Positions 31,069 through 41,121 of a stretch of 64,000 nucleotides of DNA are shown here, in pieces. Position numbers and translations under genes: made by a program. This stretch comes from Cyanobacteriota bacterium (GTDB lineage Bacteria; Cyanobacteriota; Cyanobacteriia; Cyanobacteriales; Nostocaceae): contig JBJOKS010000007.1 of the NCBI GenBank assembly GCA_046045965.1, forward strand, positions 96,001-160,000. Direction: 5' to 3'. The notes beneath the pieces are model-generated. The model was not told where the DNA came from and did no database searches. It worked only from the letters and a program-made list of their open reading frames with translations. Numbering within the stretch: the stretch's first letter is position 1; every line of letters begins with the position of its first letter.

Positions 31069-32310
31069 TTATTTACCATATCTCTGTTTTATATATTTAA
31101 TCTCCTCCCTTAAACCATTAGCATGAATTAACCCAACGTAACCGCGAAATTGACATTTATTTTGTGCATCATAAATAGAAACATGAGGAGTTTGAGCGAG
31201 ATTATCTCTGAATCTTAATCTTCCACTTCCATCTACAAATCTAAAATTTTCCGTGATTGGATCAATAGGATTCAAGATTTTCCAAATATTTTGTGTACCT
31301 GGAATAGTTGTTTGTATACTTTCTGTAACTCCATGAACAAGAGTTGTCATACCCGGAACTTTTTCCAATCGCTTAACTACCAAATTAATAATTTTTTCCT
31401 CATTACCTAAAATATGATCTGTAATCATTTTAGCCGTTTGGGGACAATTCCAATAACCAATATGAGCGTCTGCTGCACCAGCAGCAACAGCACCTAAATC
31501 AAGAACTTTATTAATAGATGTGATATCACTTACTGTTTTAATACCAGGAAAATTCGCTATTTGACGCACATAACTTTCTAAATTATTTGCATTGTCAATA
31601 ATAAATTTATCTGTAACGCTAATATTAGAATCTTCTTTAATTTCCAAGCTAGAACTAATCGGATAAGCAATCATATCTGAGGAATGAATAATATTTAACC
31701 ACCGCAAAGGATATTTAAATGATTGACACTTCAACTTCACTTGTTCAGCAGGAATATCTAAAAGCATATTAAATAAAATTACTGGTGAACCCATTGTAGT
31801 AATGCTTTTGAGTTGTACCTGATTATTAATTAATTCTCTAAACTGAAAAGCTGGATCATTATTTTCAAAGTTATCTGAAAACAACATATCCCATAAAATT
31901 ACAGTTCCCATTGAATGGGCAATTATATGTAACTCTTTTTCTTGTGAGTGATTTGTGATCAAATCTTCTAAATGTTCAGCTATGGATTGTCTAATTTTTT
32001 TTCCTCTTTGAAAGTTTAGGTAGGTAAACGCATCACCAACAAAATCAGATATAAACCCTTCTCTTAAATCTTTACCTCTTAAAATATCTTGACTATCAAC
32101 ATAAGGATTTTCTTTTTTAAATTTTTCTAAGTCCTCATGAATGAAATTCCAGATTTTACCTTTATTATTTATAATATCTGCATAAAATCCAGAATGAAAA
32201 TGAGGTAATTTTTGTCCTCTTTGGGAGAACTCTTTTTGAATTAAGGTTTTTAGAGGTTCTGCAAATTTAGTCTTATATTCTGCAACACCGTGGATAAAAA
32301 GTATAAGCAT
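31069..32310 (-). CDS. Hypothetical protein, alpha/beta-hydrolase (lipase-like) fold
   Basis: FIHGV, IIAHSMG nucleophile elbow, TTMGSP, WLN..SSD..AYP, AH..YW. Confidence 0.7.
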   Translation of the reverse strand: MLILFIHGVAEYKTKFAEPLKTLIQKEFSQRGQKLPHFHSGFYADIINNKGKIWNFIHEDLEKFKKENPYVDSQDILRGKDLREGFISDFVGDAFTYLNFQRGKKIRQSIAEHLEDLITNHSQEKELHIIAHSMGTVILWDMLFSDNFENNDPAFQFRELINNQVQLKSITTMGSPVILFNMLLDIPAEQVKLKCQSFKYPLRWLNIIHSSDMIAYPISSSLEIKEDSNISVTDKFIIDNANNLESYVRQIANFPGIKTVSDITSINKVLDLGAVAAGAADAHIGYWNCPQTAKMITDHILGNEEKIINLVVKRLEKVPGMTTLVHGVTESIQTTIPGTQNIWKILNPIDPITENFRFVDGSGRLRFRDNLAQTPHVSIYDAQNKCQFRGYVGLIHANGLREEIKYIKQRYGK

Positions 32311-32481
32311 TGCTGTATTCTCGTAATAGCAGCATAATTATAATTTGTTTATTTTGAATTAGGAATATATTTACAAAAAACTTAATAAAATTGAGTTTTA
32401 TTTCTCGTTCAGAGTCTTTTTTATTTTACTCCTATCTGATCATACAGGTCAGACAAAAAGCCTGACCTAATTATTTAAATT

Positions 32482-33636
32482 CTAAGCACAAAGAGCTAAA
32501 ATCTGCTCAACAACTTGCGGGTTAACATCTTTATTTTCCCCCAAAGCTGTCATTCCATGCTTTTCTAAATTCTTGATGACTACTGGAATAGTTTCTACCC
32601 CCACACCATAATCAGATAACCGAGTCCGCACACCAACAGATTCAAAAAATTCACGAGTTTTATTAATAGCTGTATCTACTCTTTCTGCTTCCGAACCATC
32701 AACAATACCCCAAACTCTCTCGGCATATTGTAGGAGTTTTTGCCATTTGCCATCGCGTTTAATTGTCAACGTACTTGGTAACACAATAGCCAAAGTTTGG
32801 GCATGATCTAAACCATGTAAAGCTGTCAATTCATGACCGATCATGTGAGTAGTCCAATCTTGAGGAACACCCACAGCAATTAACCCATTTAACGCCATTG
32901 TTGCTGACCAAACTAAATTCGCTCTGGCATCATAATCTGTAGGATCAGCTAAAGTTTTTGGACCTTCTTCAATCAAAGTTTGTAAAATAGATTCAGCCAT
33001 CCGATCTTGTAATGGTGCATTTACCGGATAGGTTAAATACTGTTCCATCACATGAGTAAAAGCATCAACTATCCCATTACTAATTTGTCTGGGAGGGAGA
33101 GAAAAAGTTGTTTCTGGATCAAGTACAGAAAATTTAGGAAACACCAAAGGACTAGAAAAATATAACTTTTCTTGGGTTTCCCACTTGGTAACAACTGCGT
33201 TTGTATTCATTTCCGAACCAGTCGCAGGTAAAGTCAAAACCACACCCATTGGTAAAGCCGCAGTTACCGCTGCACCCTTGGCTAAAATATCCCAAGGATC
33301 ACCCACAAAAGGAACCGCAGCAGCTATAAATTTAGTCCCATCTGCAACAGAACCACCACCCACAGCCAATAAAAAATCAATCCCTTCTGTACGGATCAAT
33401 TCCACTGCTGTCATCAAGGTTTCAAAATGGGGGTTGGGTTCAATACCACCAAACTCAAATACATTCCTTCCAGCTAATGCCGATTTTACCTGATCATAAA
33501 CCCCATTGGCTTTAATGCTACCACCGCCATAGGTAATGAGAATTTTCGCATCTGCGGGTATTTCCGCTGCAATGTTGGCGATTTGACCTTTACCAAACAG
33601 GATTTTAACAGGATTGTAAAAAGCAAAGTTTTCCAT
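32482..33636 (-). CDS. yqhD: NADP-dependent iron-containing alcohol dehydrogenase
   Basis: YGGGS, GIEPNP, AVGGGSV.D..K, TLPATGSE, HMIGHELTA.HGLDHA. Confidence 0.93.
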   Translation of the reverse strand: MENFAFYNPVKILFGKGQIANIAAEIPADAKILITYGGGSIKANGVYDQVKSALAGRNVFEFGGIEPNPHFETLMTAVELIRTEGIDFLLAVGGGSVADGTKFIAAAVPFVGDPWDILAKGAAVTAALPMGVVLTLPATGSEMNTNAVVTKWETQEKLYFSSPLVFPKFSVLDPETTFSLPPRQISNGIVDAFTHVMEQYLTYPVNAPLQDRMAESILQTLIEEGPKTLADPTDYDARANLVWSATMALNGLIAVGVPQDWTTHMIGHELTALHGLDHAQTLAIVLPSTLTIKRDGKWQKLLQYAERVWGIVDGSEAERVDTAINKTREFFESVGVRTRLSDYGVGVETIPVVIKNLEKHGMTALGENKDVNPQVVEQILALCA

Positions 33637-33767
33637 GATTAGTCACACAAGGGAATTAGATAATACCTTGAGTATTGTAATCACTTTTTTAATTTTTGTG
33701 TCTATATTCACGTAATACACTTTTTTAAGTCCCTTTTTTAAGAGTAATTTAGAGACATCCCAAACAA

Positions 33768-34685
33768 TCAAGATAATTCATCAATAAATGGAGAGATTGC
33801 AGCTACAAAATCAGCCGTTGATTCATAGGGTAAAACATTTCTTCCTTTAATTTTTATCCCTCTACCTTGAGGTAAACAAGCCAGATAATCAGCCATTCTT
33901 TCATCTGGAGTTTCTTTTTTGCCTTCTTTACTAATAGCTGATGCTGTCTCACCCAAAACTATTAAAGTCGGTTGTTGAATAGCTGCAATATCACTACTAT
34001 AATCACGTTGCCAAAATCTCGCTAAAAAGGAAAATACAGCATAGCGTCCACCCATATTTTGAGCATCTGCTAATAAGGTATTTAACCATTCTTCATCAAC
34101 AGCATCACCAGAAGCAAACAGTTTTTCAGTTGAGAAAGAAACTAAAAATTTGCGGGTGCGTGCATAGCGAAAAAAAGCATTTCCTACAGGTGAATCAAAT
34201 ATATTCCAAAGTAGTTTTTGTTGCCATTTAGGAGCATTTTTAGTAGTCACACTCCAAGCTGTTGGTCCCGAAAATATCAATCCAGTAATTAAATTTGGTG
34301 CTAATTTGACTAATTCAATTGCTACTGGTGATAAAGCACCCTGTGATATTAAAATTACAGGTTTTTGAACTACGGTTTCTAAAAAGTATTGTAACTGTTT
34401 TGCCCAATCAATTGGTGTATAAGCTTTTCGTGGTGTATCGCTTTCACCACATCCCAATAAATCGGGATTGTAAATAATATTCCCATGATTAGTATCATCC
34501 CATTCACGGCAAAATCGCTGCCAAAATTGCCGTGATAAACCTACACCAATGGGATGAATTAATAGTAAAGGAATATCTTCAGGATCAGAATTTACTGGTT
34601 GATGCACTTCATAAGCACAGCGGTAATTTTCCCAAGTGTAAAACTGGGTAGGGGATGTTGTTATGTCAGAGGAATTAGCTAACAT
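33768..34685 (-). CDS. Alpha/beta hydrolase family protein
   Basis: LLIHPIGVG, PDLLGCGES, ISQG. Start set at ATG 34685 to avoid overlap. Confidence 0.82.
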   Translation of the reverse strand: MLANSSDITTSPTQFYTWENYRCAYEVHQPVNSDPEDIPLLLIHPIGVGLSRQFWQRFCREWDDTNHGNIIYNPDLLGCGESDTPRKAYTPIDWAKQLQYFLETVVQKPVILISQGALSPVAIELVKLAPNLITGLIFSGPTAWSVTTKNAPKWQQKLLWNIFDSPVGNAFFRYARTRKFLVSFSTEKLFASGDAVDEEWLNTLLADAQNMGGRYAVFSFLARFWQRDYSSDIAAIQQPTLIVLGETASAISKEGKKETPDERMADYLACLPQGRGIKIKGRNVLPYESTADFVAAISPFIDELS

Positions 34686-34714
34686 TGGCGATCGCATGAG
34701 TCTTTTAATAGTTA

Positions 34715-35539
34715 CTAAAAGATGATTTGGGGATGAATAAACTTGTATCCTGCATCTTTTATCTTTTGATTCGACACCCACGCATTATATTGGCGGGTAC
34801 TCTTATTTGTTGCATCCCATATCACATTAGGTAAATTATGTTTGGTGAGGACATTATCAATTAATTCTCGACTGGTAAGATGGGCATCATCAACTAAATT
34901 ATAAATACCTTGTAAGCGGTGATCACGAGCAAATTCTATCGCGCCAACAATATCATGTAAATGCACCCAATTGGTGATATCTTCACCTTTACCGGGTCGG
35001 GTTGTACCAGCGACTCGTCCAAATATTTTCACCAATTCTCTACCAGGTCCATAAATACCCCCCAAGCGCAAAACACAAACGCGCAGATTTTCATTTTCGG
35101 CTGATAGTAAAACGTCTTCGGTTTTGCGGAGAATCTGAGCATTGAGATTAGCCGGTGCTGGTGGTGTTTCTTCATCTACCCATACACCATTTCTATCACC
35201 GTAAACGGAATAACTTCCTGTATATATCAATTGGTGAATATGGGGAGAATGTTTCAGTACAGAAACTAAAGTTTTTGCAGTTTCTAGATAAGTTTCTTCA
35301 TAGGTATTTCCACCTTTTGCACCCACGCTTAACAGGACAACATCTTGATTTTGTAATACAGATTTTACAGCTTCATAATCATTGCCTTTAGTGACTATAA
35401 CTTTTTGAGCTACTGCTTTGAGTCCATCAACTCGCTCAGGACTCGTTGTGGTTGCAGTCAGCATCAAACTTTGATTTTGCTGCCAATATTGAGAAACTGA
35501 ATAACCAACATAACCACACCCAATTATTGCTATATTCAT
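34715..35539 (-). CDS. NAD-dependent epimerase/atypical SDR (YeeZ-like)
   Basis: IIGCGYVG, SVYGD, LRLGGIYGPGR, NWVH..D, VSN.KI. Confidence 0.88.
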   Translation of the reverse strand: MNIAIIGCGYVGYSVSQYWQQNQSLMLTATTTSPERVDGLKAVAQKVIVTKGNDYEAVKSVLQNQDVVLLSVGAKGGNTYEETYLETAKTLVSVLKHSPHIHQLIYTGSYSVYGDRNGVWVDEETPPAPANLNAQILRKTEDVLLSAENENLRVCVLRLGGIYGPGRELVKIFGRVAGTTRPGKGEDITNWVHLHDIVGAIEFARDHRLQGIYNLVDDAHLTSRELIDNVLTKHNLPNVIWDATNKSTRQYNAWVSNQKIKDAGYKFIHPQIIF

Positions 35540-35844
35540 GACGATTTAAACACAAAAAATTAAATTACTTTCCAAATGCAAGTTGCCAAAATCGTTAATT
35601 ACAAGAATTGCTAACTAATGACTGTCGCTACTTTCTCCTGAAAAATTAATACTTAAAACTTAAATACCCCTTGGAGAATATTATAAACTCCCCTAAAGTA
35701 GCTTCCCGCAGAACATTTTCAGTTTTCTGTTACAGAAGATACCATTTTTCAGGATTTTTTTGCTCAGGAATATTACTAAGTTTCCCATATTGATTGTAGG
35801 TACGGTTAACTTAGTTCTTAATCTTGTTATCAACTCAGCTTGGT

Positions 35845-36513
35845 TTAGCGATGAATTGCGCCATCAGGCATAATAGCCCCAGTTAGGTTAGCACCTATCA
35901 GTTTCACCAGCAAACGCTCACCTGAACGAATCCTAGCACCTGTCAAGTCAGCACCCCGTAAGTCAGCACCACTGAGATCCGCACCAATCAAATTAGCCGA
36001 ACGTAAATTTGCTTCTCTCAAATCGGCTAACAACAGGTTCGCTCTAAATAAATTTGCTTCCGATAAATCCGCACCTCGGAGATTAACTTTGTGCATAAAA
36101 GTGTCACTGAGATTAGAACCGCTTAAATTAGCATAACTCAGGTTTCTGCCAGATAAGTCTCTGTTACTGAGGTTTGCTCGACTAAAATCTTTGCCACTTA
36201 AGTCAGGATTTTGATTTGGCTGTTGATAGTTGGTTTGTGGTTGTTGATAGTAACTCGAAGATGGTTTTTTTTGCTGAGTTGATCTAGCATAATTTACAGT
36301 TTGAGACTTATCTTTTAAAGAACGTAATTTTTCACGAGCTTCATTCAAGGCTTTGATCTTGTCTTGAGCTTTTTGCTGTAAGCGGTGGTTATCTTTAGGT
36401 AGGCGATCAGGATGCCAAACAAACACTAAATCTTTGTAAGCCTGGTTTACCTCTTCTAGTGTTGCTCCAGGCTCTAAATCTAAGACTCTGTAGTACCGCT
36501 CCAGTTCGCTCAT
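35845..36513 (-). CDS. J-domain + pentapeptide repeat protein
   Basis: WHPD J-domain motif followed by A(D/N)L.. repeats ending MPDG. Confidence 0.92.
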   Translation of the reverse strand: MSELERYYRVLDLEPGATLEEVNQAYKDLVFVWHPDRLPKDNHRLQQKAQDKIKALNEAREKLRSLKDKSQTVNYARSTQQKKPSSSYYQQPQTNYQQPNQNPDLSGKDFSRANLSNRDLSGRNLSYANLSGSNLSDTFMHKVNLRGADLSEANLFRANLLLADLREANLRSANLIGADLSGADLRGADLTGARIRSGERLLVKLIGANLTGAIMPDGAIHR

Positions 36514-36649
36514 ACGATGTATTGGTGAAAAATCAAATAATATTTAAATTAATTATGAGTGATATCGCCATCTTAGGTACAATGAACTTTGAACAGGGAA
36601 GATGGGGAGAAAATAAATAATTACGAATTACGAATTACGAATTTATTAT

Positions 36650-37147
36650 TCACCTGGTTAAGCCATTTCTCCATTGAGTTATAGCTCGCCAATATGCCCC
36701 AATGGGAATCTGATAAATCTCAATAAAAAGCCAAACTATAATTGCTAAGTGTAACACAAAGGTCAGTAATGTCCAAACATAAGGTATCCAAGACAGTGGA
36801 ACATCAGGTTTAGGTGGTAAATAATAAGCTCCTATCCCAATTAAGGTGGTGGGAAAGATCACAAAAGCAATTGCGCCTAATACGTAACCCCAACCTAATT
36901 CCACGCCTTCTAATTGGGCTTGATTCCACTTAAAGCCATTCCAACGCCATACCAGCGGCGGTTGTCTAGCAGGCATTTTGATTTGCTGTGATTCTAAATT
37001 GACGGTAAAAATTTCTTGACAAAAGTCACAGGACATCGCTTCCATTAATGGCATAGAAGAAATTTTACCGATGCGACACACAGGACAGGGGTAATCTTCG
37101 TGAAAATTTAAAGATGTAGCGAAAATTTTGGAATTGCTCATAATCAA
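36650..37147 (-). CDS. Hypothetical protein (CxxC...CxxC plus two TM segments)
   Basis: YPCPVCR, CDFC, C-terminal hydrophobic helices. Confidence 0.8.
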   Translation of the reverse strand: MIMSNSKIFATSLNFHEDYPCPVCRIGKISSMPLMEAMSCDFCQEIFTVNLESQQIKMPARQPPLVWRWNGFKWNQAQLEGVELGWGYVLGAIAFVIFPTTLIGIGAYYLPPKPDVPLSWIPYVWTLLTFVLHLAIIVWLFIEIYQIPIGAYWRAITQWRNGLTR

Positions 37148-37482
37148 ACTGGTACTTCTAACAAAATTAATTTTGTTAATGATAAATCAACTAAAAAGCA
37201 TTAATTGTCAGATTTTTCACTATTTACCTTGCTATTCATTTTGATGTAGAAGCAGGTTAAGGGGGAAAGGAACAGAAAAAATATGGCTTGCATTTGTAAT
37301 GAGTCTATCGTGTTTTGTCTGTGATCAGCATCCTGGGGGAGATTGATGACCCACTCGTTACAAACCAGTGTTTCTGGAAAGCATCTTAACAGATATACAG
37401 ATTATATACAGATTTATGTTGTTTTGGTAACTATAAATATATACAAATATTACAGCACATTTTATCTGAGTCAGGTACATAA

Positions 37483-37507
37483 GGGCGGGCAGGATGCCCA
37501 CCCCACA
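37483..37507 (-). repeat. REP-like palindrome
   Basis: gggcgggcaggatgcccaccccaca. Confidence 0.65.
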
Positions 37508-37725
37508 AAGTTGAATTTTGAAGTTTTACTTAAGTTTTAATTTTTAATTTGTAATTGATATTTTTCTGTCTCAAAATCATGTAAAATATACATACAATAG
37601 TATCGTTTAGATGATAAGTTCCATTGCTGCCTATGCCAGCATTTGCTGTTTGACTCCAGAATATCTGCCCTTTTAGGGTAGGGAGTATGTCAAAATTAGA
37701 TATAGATAACTTTTGAGAAAAACCT

Positions 37726-39357
37726 GTGACATCATCTGTATTTGACTCCGAAAGGCTTTTATTTACCCCAGCAACCCCTAAAACTGACGCTATTCCTTTG
37801 ATTTTCGCTTTTCCAAATGAGTACACTGTGGGAATAACCAGTCTTGGTTATCAGGTGGTTTGGGCAACTTTAGCTATGCGTGATGATTTACAGGTAAGTC
37901 GTTTATTTACTGATACTCAGGAACAACTTCCTAGACATCCAGAAATTTTAGGTTTTTCTATGTCTTGGGAATTAGATTATGTGAATATTTTCAATCTTTT
38001 GGAATCTTTACAAATTCCCCTGCGTGCAACTAATAGAACTGAAAATCATCCTCTGGTTTTTGGTGGTGGACCTGTTCTCACAGCTAACCCTGAACCTTTT
38101 GCAGATTTTTTTGATGTGATTTTATTAGGTGATGGCGAAATTTTATTAGGTAGTTTTATTGAAGCTTATAAGGAAGTTAGAAACGCAACGCGGGAAGTTA
38201 AATTAAAAAGATTAGCACAAGTTCCAGGAATTTATATTCCTAGTTTATATAATATTGAATATTCTAGCAATGATGGTGAGATAAAATCAATTTATCCCAT
38301 TCATTCTGATATTACCCCAGTTATTCAAAAGCAAACTTACCGGGGAAATACTCTTTCTGCTTCTACTGTTGTCACAGAAAAAGCAGCATGGGAAAATATT
38401 TTTATGGTGGAAGTGGTGCGGAGTTGTCCCGAAATGTGCCGCTTTTGTTTAGCGAGTTATTTAACTTTACCTTTTAGAACTGCGAGTTTAGAAAGTTCTT
38501 TAATTCCTGCTATTGAACAAGGTTTAAAAGTTACTAACCGTCTGGGTTTATTGGGTGCTTCGGTTACACAACATCCTGAATTTTCGGAATTATTAGATTA
38601 TATTAGTCAACCAAAATATGATGATGTGCGGTTGAGTGTTGCTTCTGTGAGAACGAATACGGTAACGGAAAAGTTAGCTGCAACTTTAGCAAAACGTGAT
38701 ACTCGTTCTTTGACAATTGCTATAGAAAGTGGTTCGGATAAATTACGCCAAATCATCAATAAAAAATTATATAATGAGGAAATTATCCAAGCAGCGATAA
38801 ATGCAAAAGCTGGGGGTTTATCAAGTTTAAAATTATATGGCATGGTGGGTATTCCTGGGGAAGAACCAGAAGATTTAGATGCAACGGTAGCAATGATGAA
38901 GGCTGTAAAAAAAGATGCTCCTGGATTGCGGTTAACGCTGGGATGCAGTACATTTGTACCTAAGTCACACACGCCTTTTCAATGGTTTGGGGTAAATAAA
39001 CAATCTGAAAAGCGGTTACAATCTTTACAAAAACAGTTAAAACCACAAGGTATAGATTTTCGTCCAGAAAGTTATAATTGGTCTGTTATTCAAGCTTTGT
39101 TATCGAGAGGCGATCGCAGACTCTCTTATCTGTTAGAATTAACTCGTGATTTTGGTGATTCTTTGGGAAGTTATAAACGCGCTTTCAAAGAATTAAAAGG
39201 CAAAATTCCCGATTTAGATTATTACGTTTATAGTCATTGGTCAACTGAGCAAATTTTGCCTTGGAATCACTTGCAAGGACCATTACCACAGTCTACACTA
39301 ATAAAGCATTTGCATGAAGCAATGAGTTATTTTCGCGTTGCTTCCCCTGTCAAATAA
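37726..39357 (+). CDS. B12-binding-domain radical SAM protein
   Basis: FPNEYTVGITSLG, GGP...NPEP, GDGE, CPEMCRFC (CxxxCxxC), FVPKSHTPFQW. Confidence 0.9.
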   Translation: MTSSVFDSERLLFTPATPKTDAIPLIFAFPNEYTVGITSLGYQVVWATLAMRDDLQVSRLFTDTQEQLPRHPEILGFSMSWELDYVNIFNLLESLQIPLRATNRTENHPLVFGGGPVLTANPEPFADFFDVILLGDGEILLGSFIEAYKEVRNATREVKLKRLAQVPGIYIPSLYNIEYSSNDGEIKSIYPIHSDITPVIQKQTYRGNTLSASTVVTEKAAWENIFMVEVVRSCPEMCRFCLASYLTLPFRTASLESSLIPAIEQGLKVTNRLGLLGASVTQHPEFSELLDYISQPKYDDVRLSVASVRTNTVTEKLAATLAKRDTRSLTIAIESGSDKLRQIINKKLYNEEIIQAAINAKAGGLSSLKLYGMVGIPGEEPEDLDATVAMMKAVKKDAPGLRLTLGCSTFVPKSHTPFQWFGVNKQSEKRLQSLQKQLKPQGIDFRPESYNWSVIQALLSRGDRRLSYLLELTRDFGDSLGSYKRAFKELKGKIPDLDYYVYSHWSTEQILPWNHLQGPLPQSTLIKHLHEAMSYFRVASPVK

Positions 39358-39384
39358 AAACCAAAAATTCCCCAAGCTTAGATA

Positions 39385-39573
39385 ATGCAAAACACATCAG
39401 AATTTTATTGTGCTTATTGTGGAGAAGAAAACACAACTTTTATTGATTTTAGTGCAGGAATGATGCAAAATTATATAGAAGATTGTCAAGTTTGCTGTCG
39501 TCCCAATATTTTGTATGTCAGAATTGATGAAGATACGCTCGATATTGAAATAGACACAGAATATGAAGGTTAA
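39385..39573 (+). CDS. CPXCG-motif cysteine-rich protein
   Basis: CAYCGE...YIEDCQVCCRP. Confidence 0.88.
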   Translation: MQNTSEFYCAYCGEENTTFIDFSAGMMQNYIEDCQVCCRPNILYVRIDEDTLDIEIDTEYEG

Positions 39574-39592
39574 AGGTTAGGTTTTTCGTTTC

Positions 39593-40042
39593 ATGCTGCA
39601 CTTTACTCATTCTTCCATTATTAATGCACCTGTTGAAATAGTTTGGAAATTCCATGAACGTCCAGATATTTTACAACTACTCACACCACCTTGGCAACCT
39701 GTACAAGTATTGCGTCGAGAAGGTGGACTTGATGAAGGTGCCATAACTGAGTTTAGGTTATTTCTGGGACCTTTACCTTTAACTTGGTTAGCGCGTCACA
39801 CTGAATTTGAAAAATATCGTCTGTTTACTGATGTACAAATATCTGGACCCTTTGAGTCTTGGGTACATCGTCATGAGTTTACAGAAGAAAATGGAAAGAC
39901 AAAATTAACTGATAATATTGCTTATTCTCTTCCTGGTGGTGATGGAGTGGAATTTGTTAGCGGTTGGTTAATTCAAGTGCAGTTAGAAGCGATGTTTCGT
40001 TATCGGCATTTTATTACGAAAAGGGAGTGTGAGTCAAAATAA
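39593..40042 (+). CDS. SRPBCC/polyketide cyclase family protein
   Basis: INAPVE.VW.FH, LTPPW, F.D.Q..GPF..W.H.H.F, MF.YRH. Confidence 0.88.
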   Translation: MLHFTHSSIINAPVEIVWKFHERPDILQLLTPPWQPVQVLRREGGLDEGAITEFRLFLGPLPLTWLARHTEFEKYRLFTDVQISGPFESWVHRHEFTEENGKTKLTDNIAYSLPGGDGVEFVSGWLIQVQLEAMFRYRHFITKRECESK

Positions 40043-40156
40043 TTAATGATTAATTTTCATATTTCTAGTATTTTCGAGATTATGGCATTTGCGCTTTGTT
40101 TGTATATTCACAATTGATTTTTCGGAACTTTTACAACTGATAACGGAGGAATTATC

Positions 40157-40306
40157 ATGTTAGAAGTTAAGCCACTTTTTCAAAGTTTTGAAGAATATTT
40201 AGCTTATGATGATGGTTCAGATAAATTATATGAATTATATAATGGAGAGTTAATAGAAATGCCATATGATGACTGTGGTGAGTATCATTTGAAGCAATCA
40301 TATTAA
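40157..40306 (+). pseudogene. Truncated Uma2-family endonuclease (N-terminal fragment)
   Basis: GGAGG RBS, then [36 protein letters not shown]; breaks off at about 40264. Confidence 0.75.
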
Positions 40307-40361
40307 AATCTACCCTTTTGTGAAAGGATAGAAAATTTTCTACTGTGAATCTAATTAACAT
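40262..40361 (-). pseudogene. Truncated AAA_21/RloA-like ATPase (N-terminal fragment)
   Basis: [24 protein letters not shown] start; ends before any Walker A motif. Confidence 0.7.
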
Positions 40362-40428
40362 ATTGCTGAAGATTGAAGTAGCGAAACAATTGCTTTAATC
40401 ATACTTGTAAACCAAATTTCACGTTAAA

Positions 40429-41109
40429 TTATTTTATCAATGTTGCTTGCTGTTTATCTGTTAACTCTACATCCACTTCCTTCACAGAAGGTCTTACACA
40501 CAAATAAATCAACGCACCAAAAAAGGGAATCATCGCAAATAACCAAAATAATTGATTATCCTTCCAACCCCGTCGCGTCATATCATCAACTAACAAAGTT
40601 GGAAATAATAAACTCAACATACAAAAATCTAAACTCATTACATGAATAAATCTGCTAGTTTGCCATTGTTGGATATAATCACTCCAATCTCCTTGTAAAC
40701 CATAAGCAGCTAAAACACCAGCACCTAAAGTTAATAATATTCCTGTAATACGAGAATCAAATATTTTCAGAAATAGATTTTTTTGCCCTACAAATTCTTG
40801 ATTTGGTTCTCTTAAAGCTAAATAAGGTAAAAGCGCAAAAGCCCCAACTGCAAAGGAAGCTGTAGCAAACGGCCAAGCGCGGATTTTTTGCCCTCTTCCA
40901 TCAATAAATAATACTGAACTATATATTAAAGGCCAGATACCCATAATATTAAATAAAGCAATTATTACCGGATTAATATCTTGCCAATTTCCTGTAGAGA
41001 GATTTTTAATTAACTCAAAAGTTTCTGGGAAATTATCAGGAGGAGCAAAGAAAAAGGCGTAGGAAACAAATCCTAGCCATAATAAACCAAAAGAGATTTT
41101 TCTCAACAT
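40429..41109 (-). CDS. Membrane protein (DUF2834-like)
   Basis: Multiple TM segments; FNIMGIWP, LLPYLALR, FIHVMSLDF, DDM.RR. Confidence 0.8.
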   Translation of the reverse strand: MLRKISFGLLWLGFVSYAFFFAPPDNFPETFELIKNLSTGNWQDINPVIIALFNIMGIWPLIYSSVLFIDGRGQKIRAWPFATASFAVGAFALLPYLALREPNQEFVGQKNLFLKIFDSRITGILLTLGAGVLAAYGLQGDWSDYIQQWQTSRFIHVMSLDFCMLSLLFPTLLVDDMTRRGWKDNQLFWLFAMIPFFGALIYLCVRPSVKEVDVELTDKQQATLIK

Positions 41110-41121
41110 AATTTACGCAAT

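Noticed and set aside
37726..40042. RiPP cluster (radical SAM + small Cys-rich peptide + cyclase)
   Set aside because: The small protein is a CPXCG zinc-ribbon type, the rSAM shows no SPASM/RRE features, and there is no peptidase or transporter.
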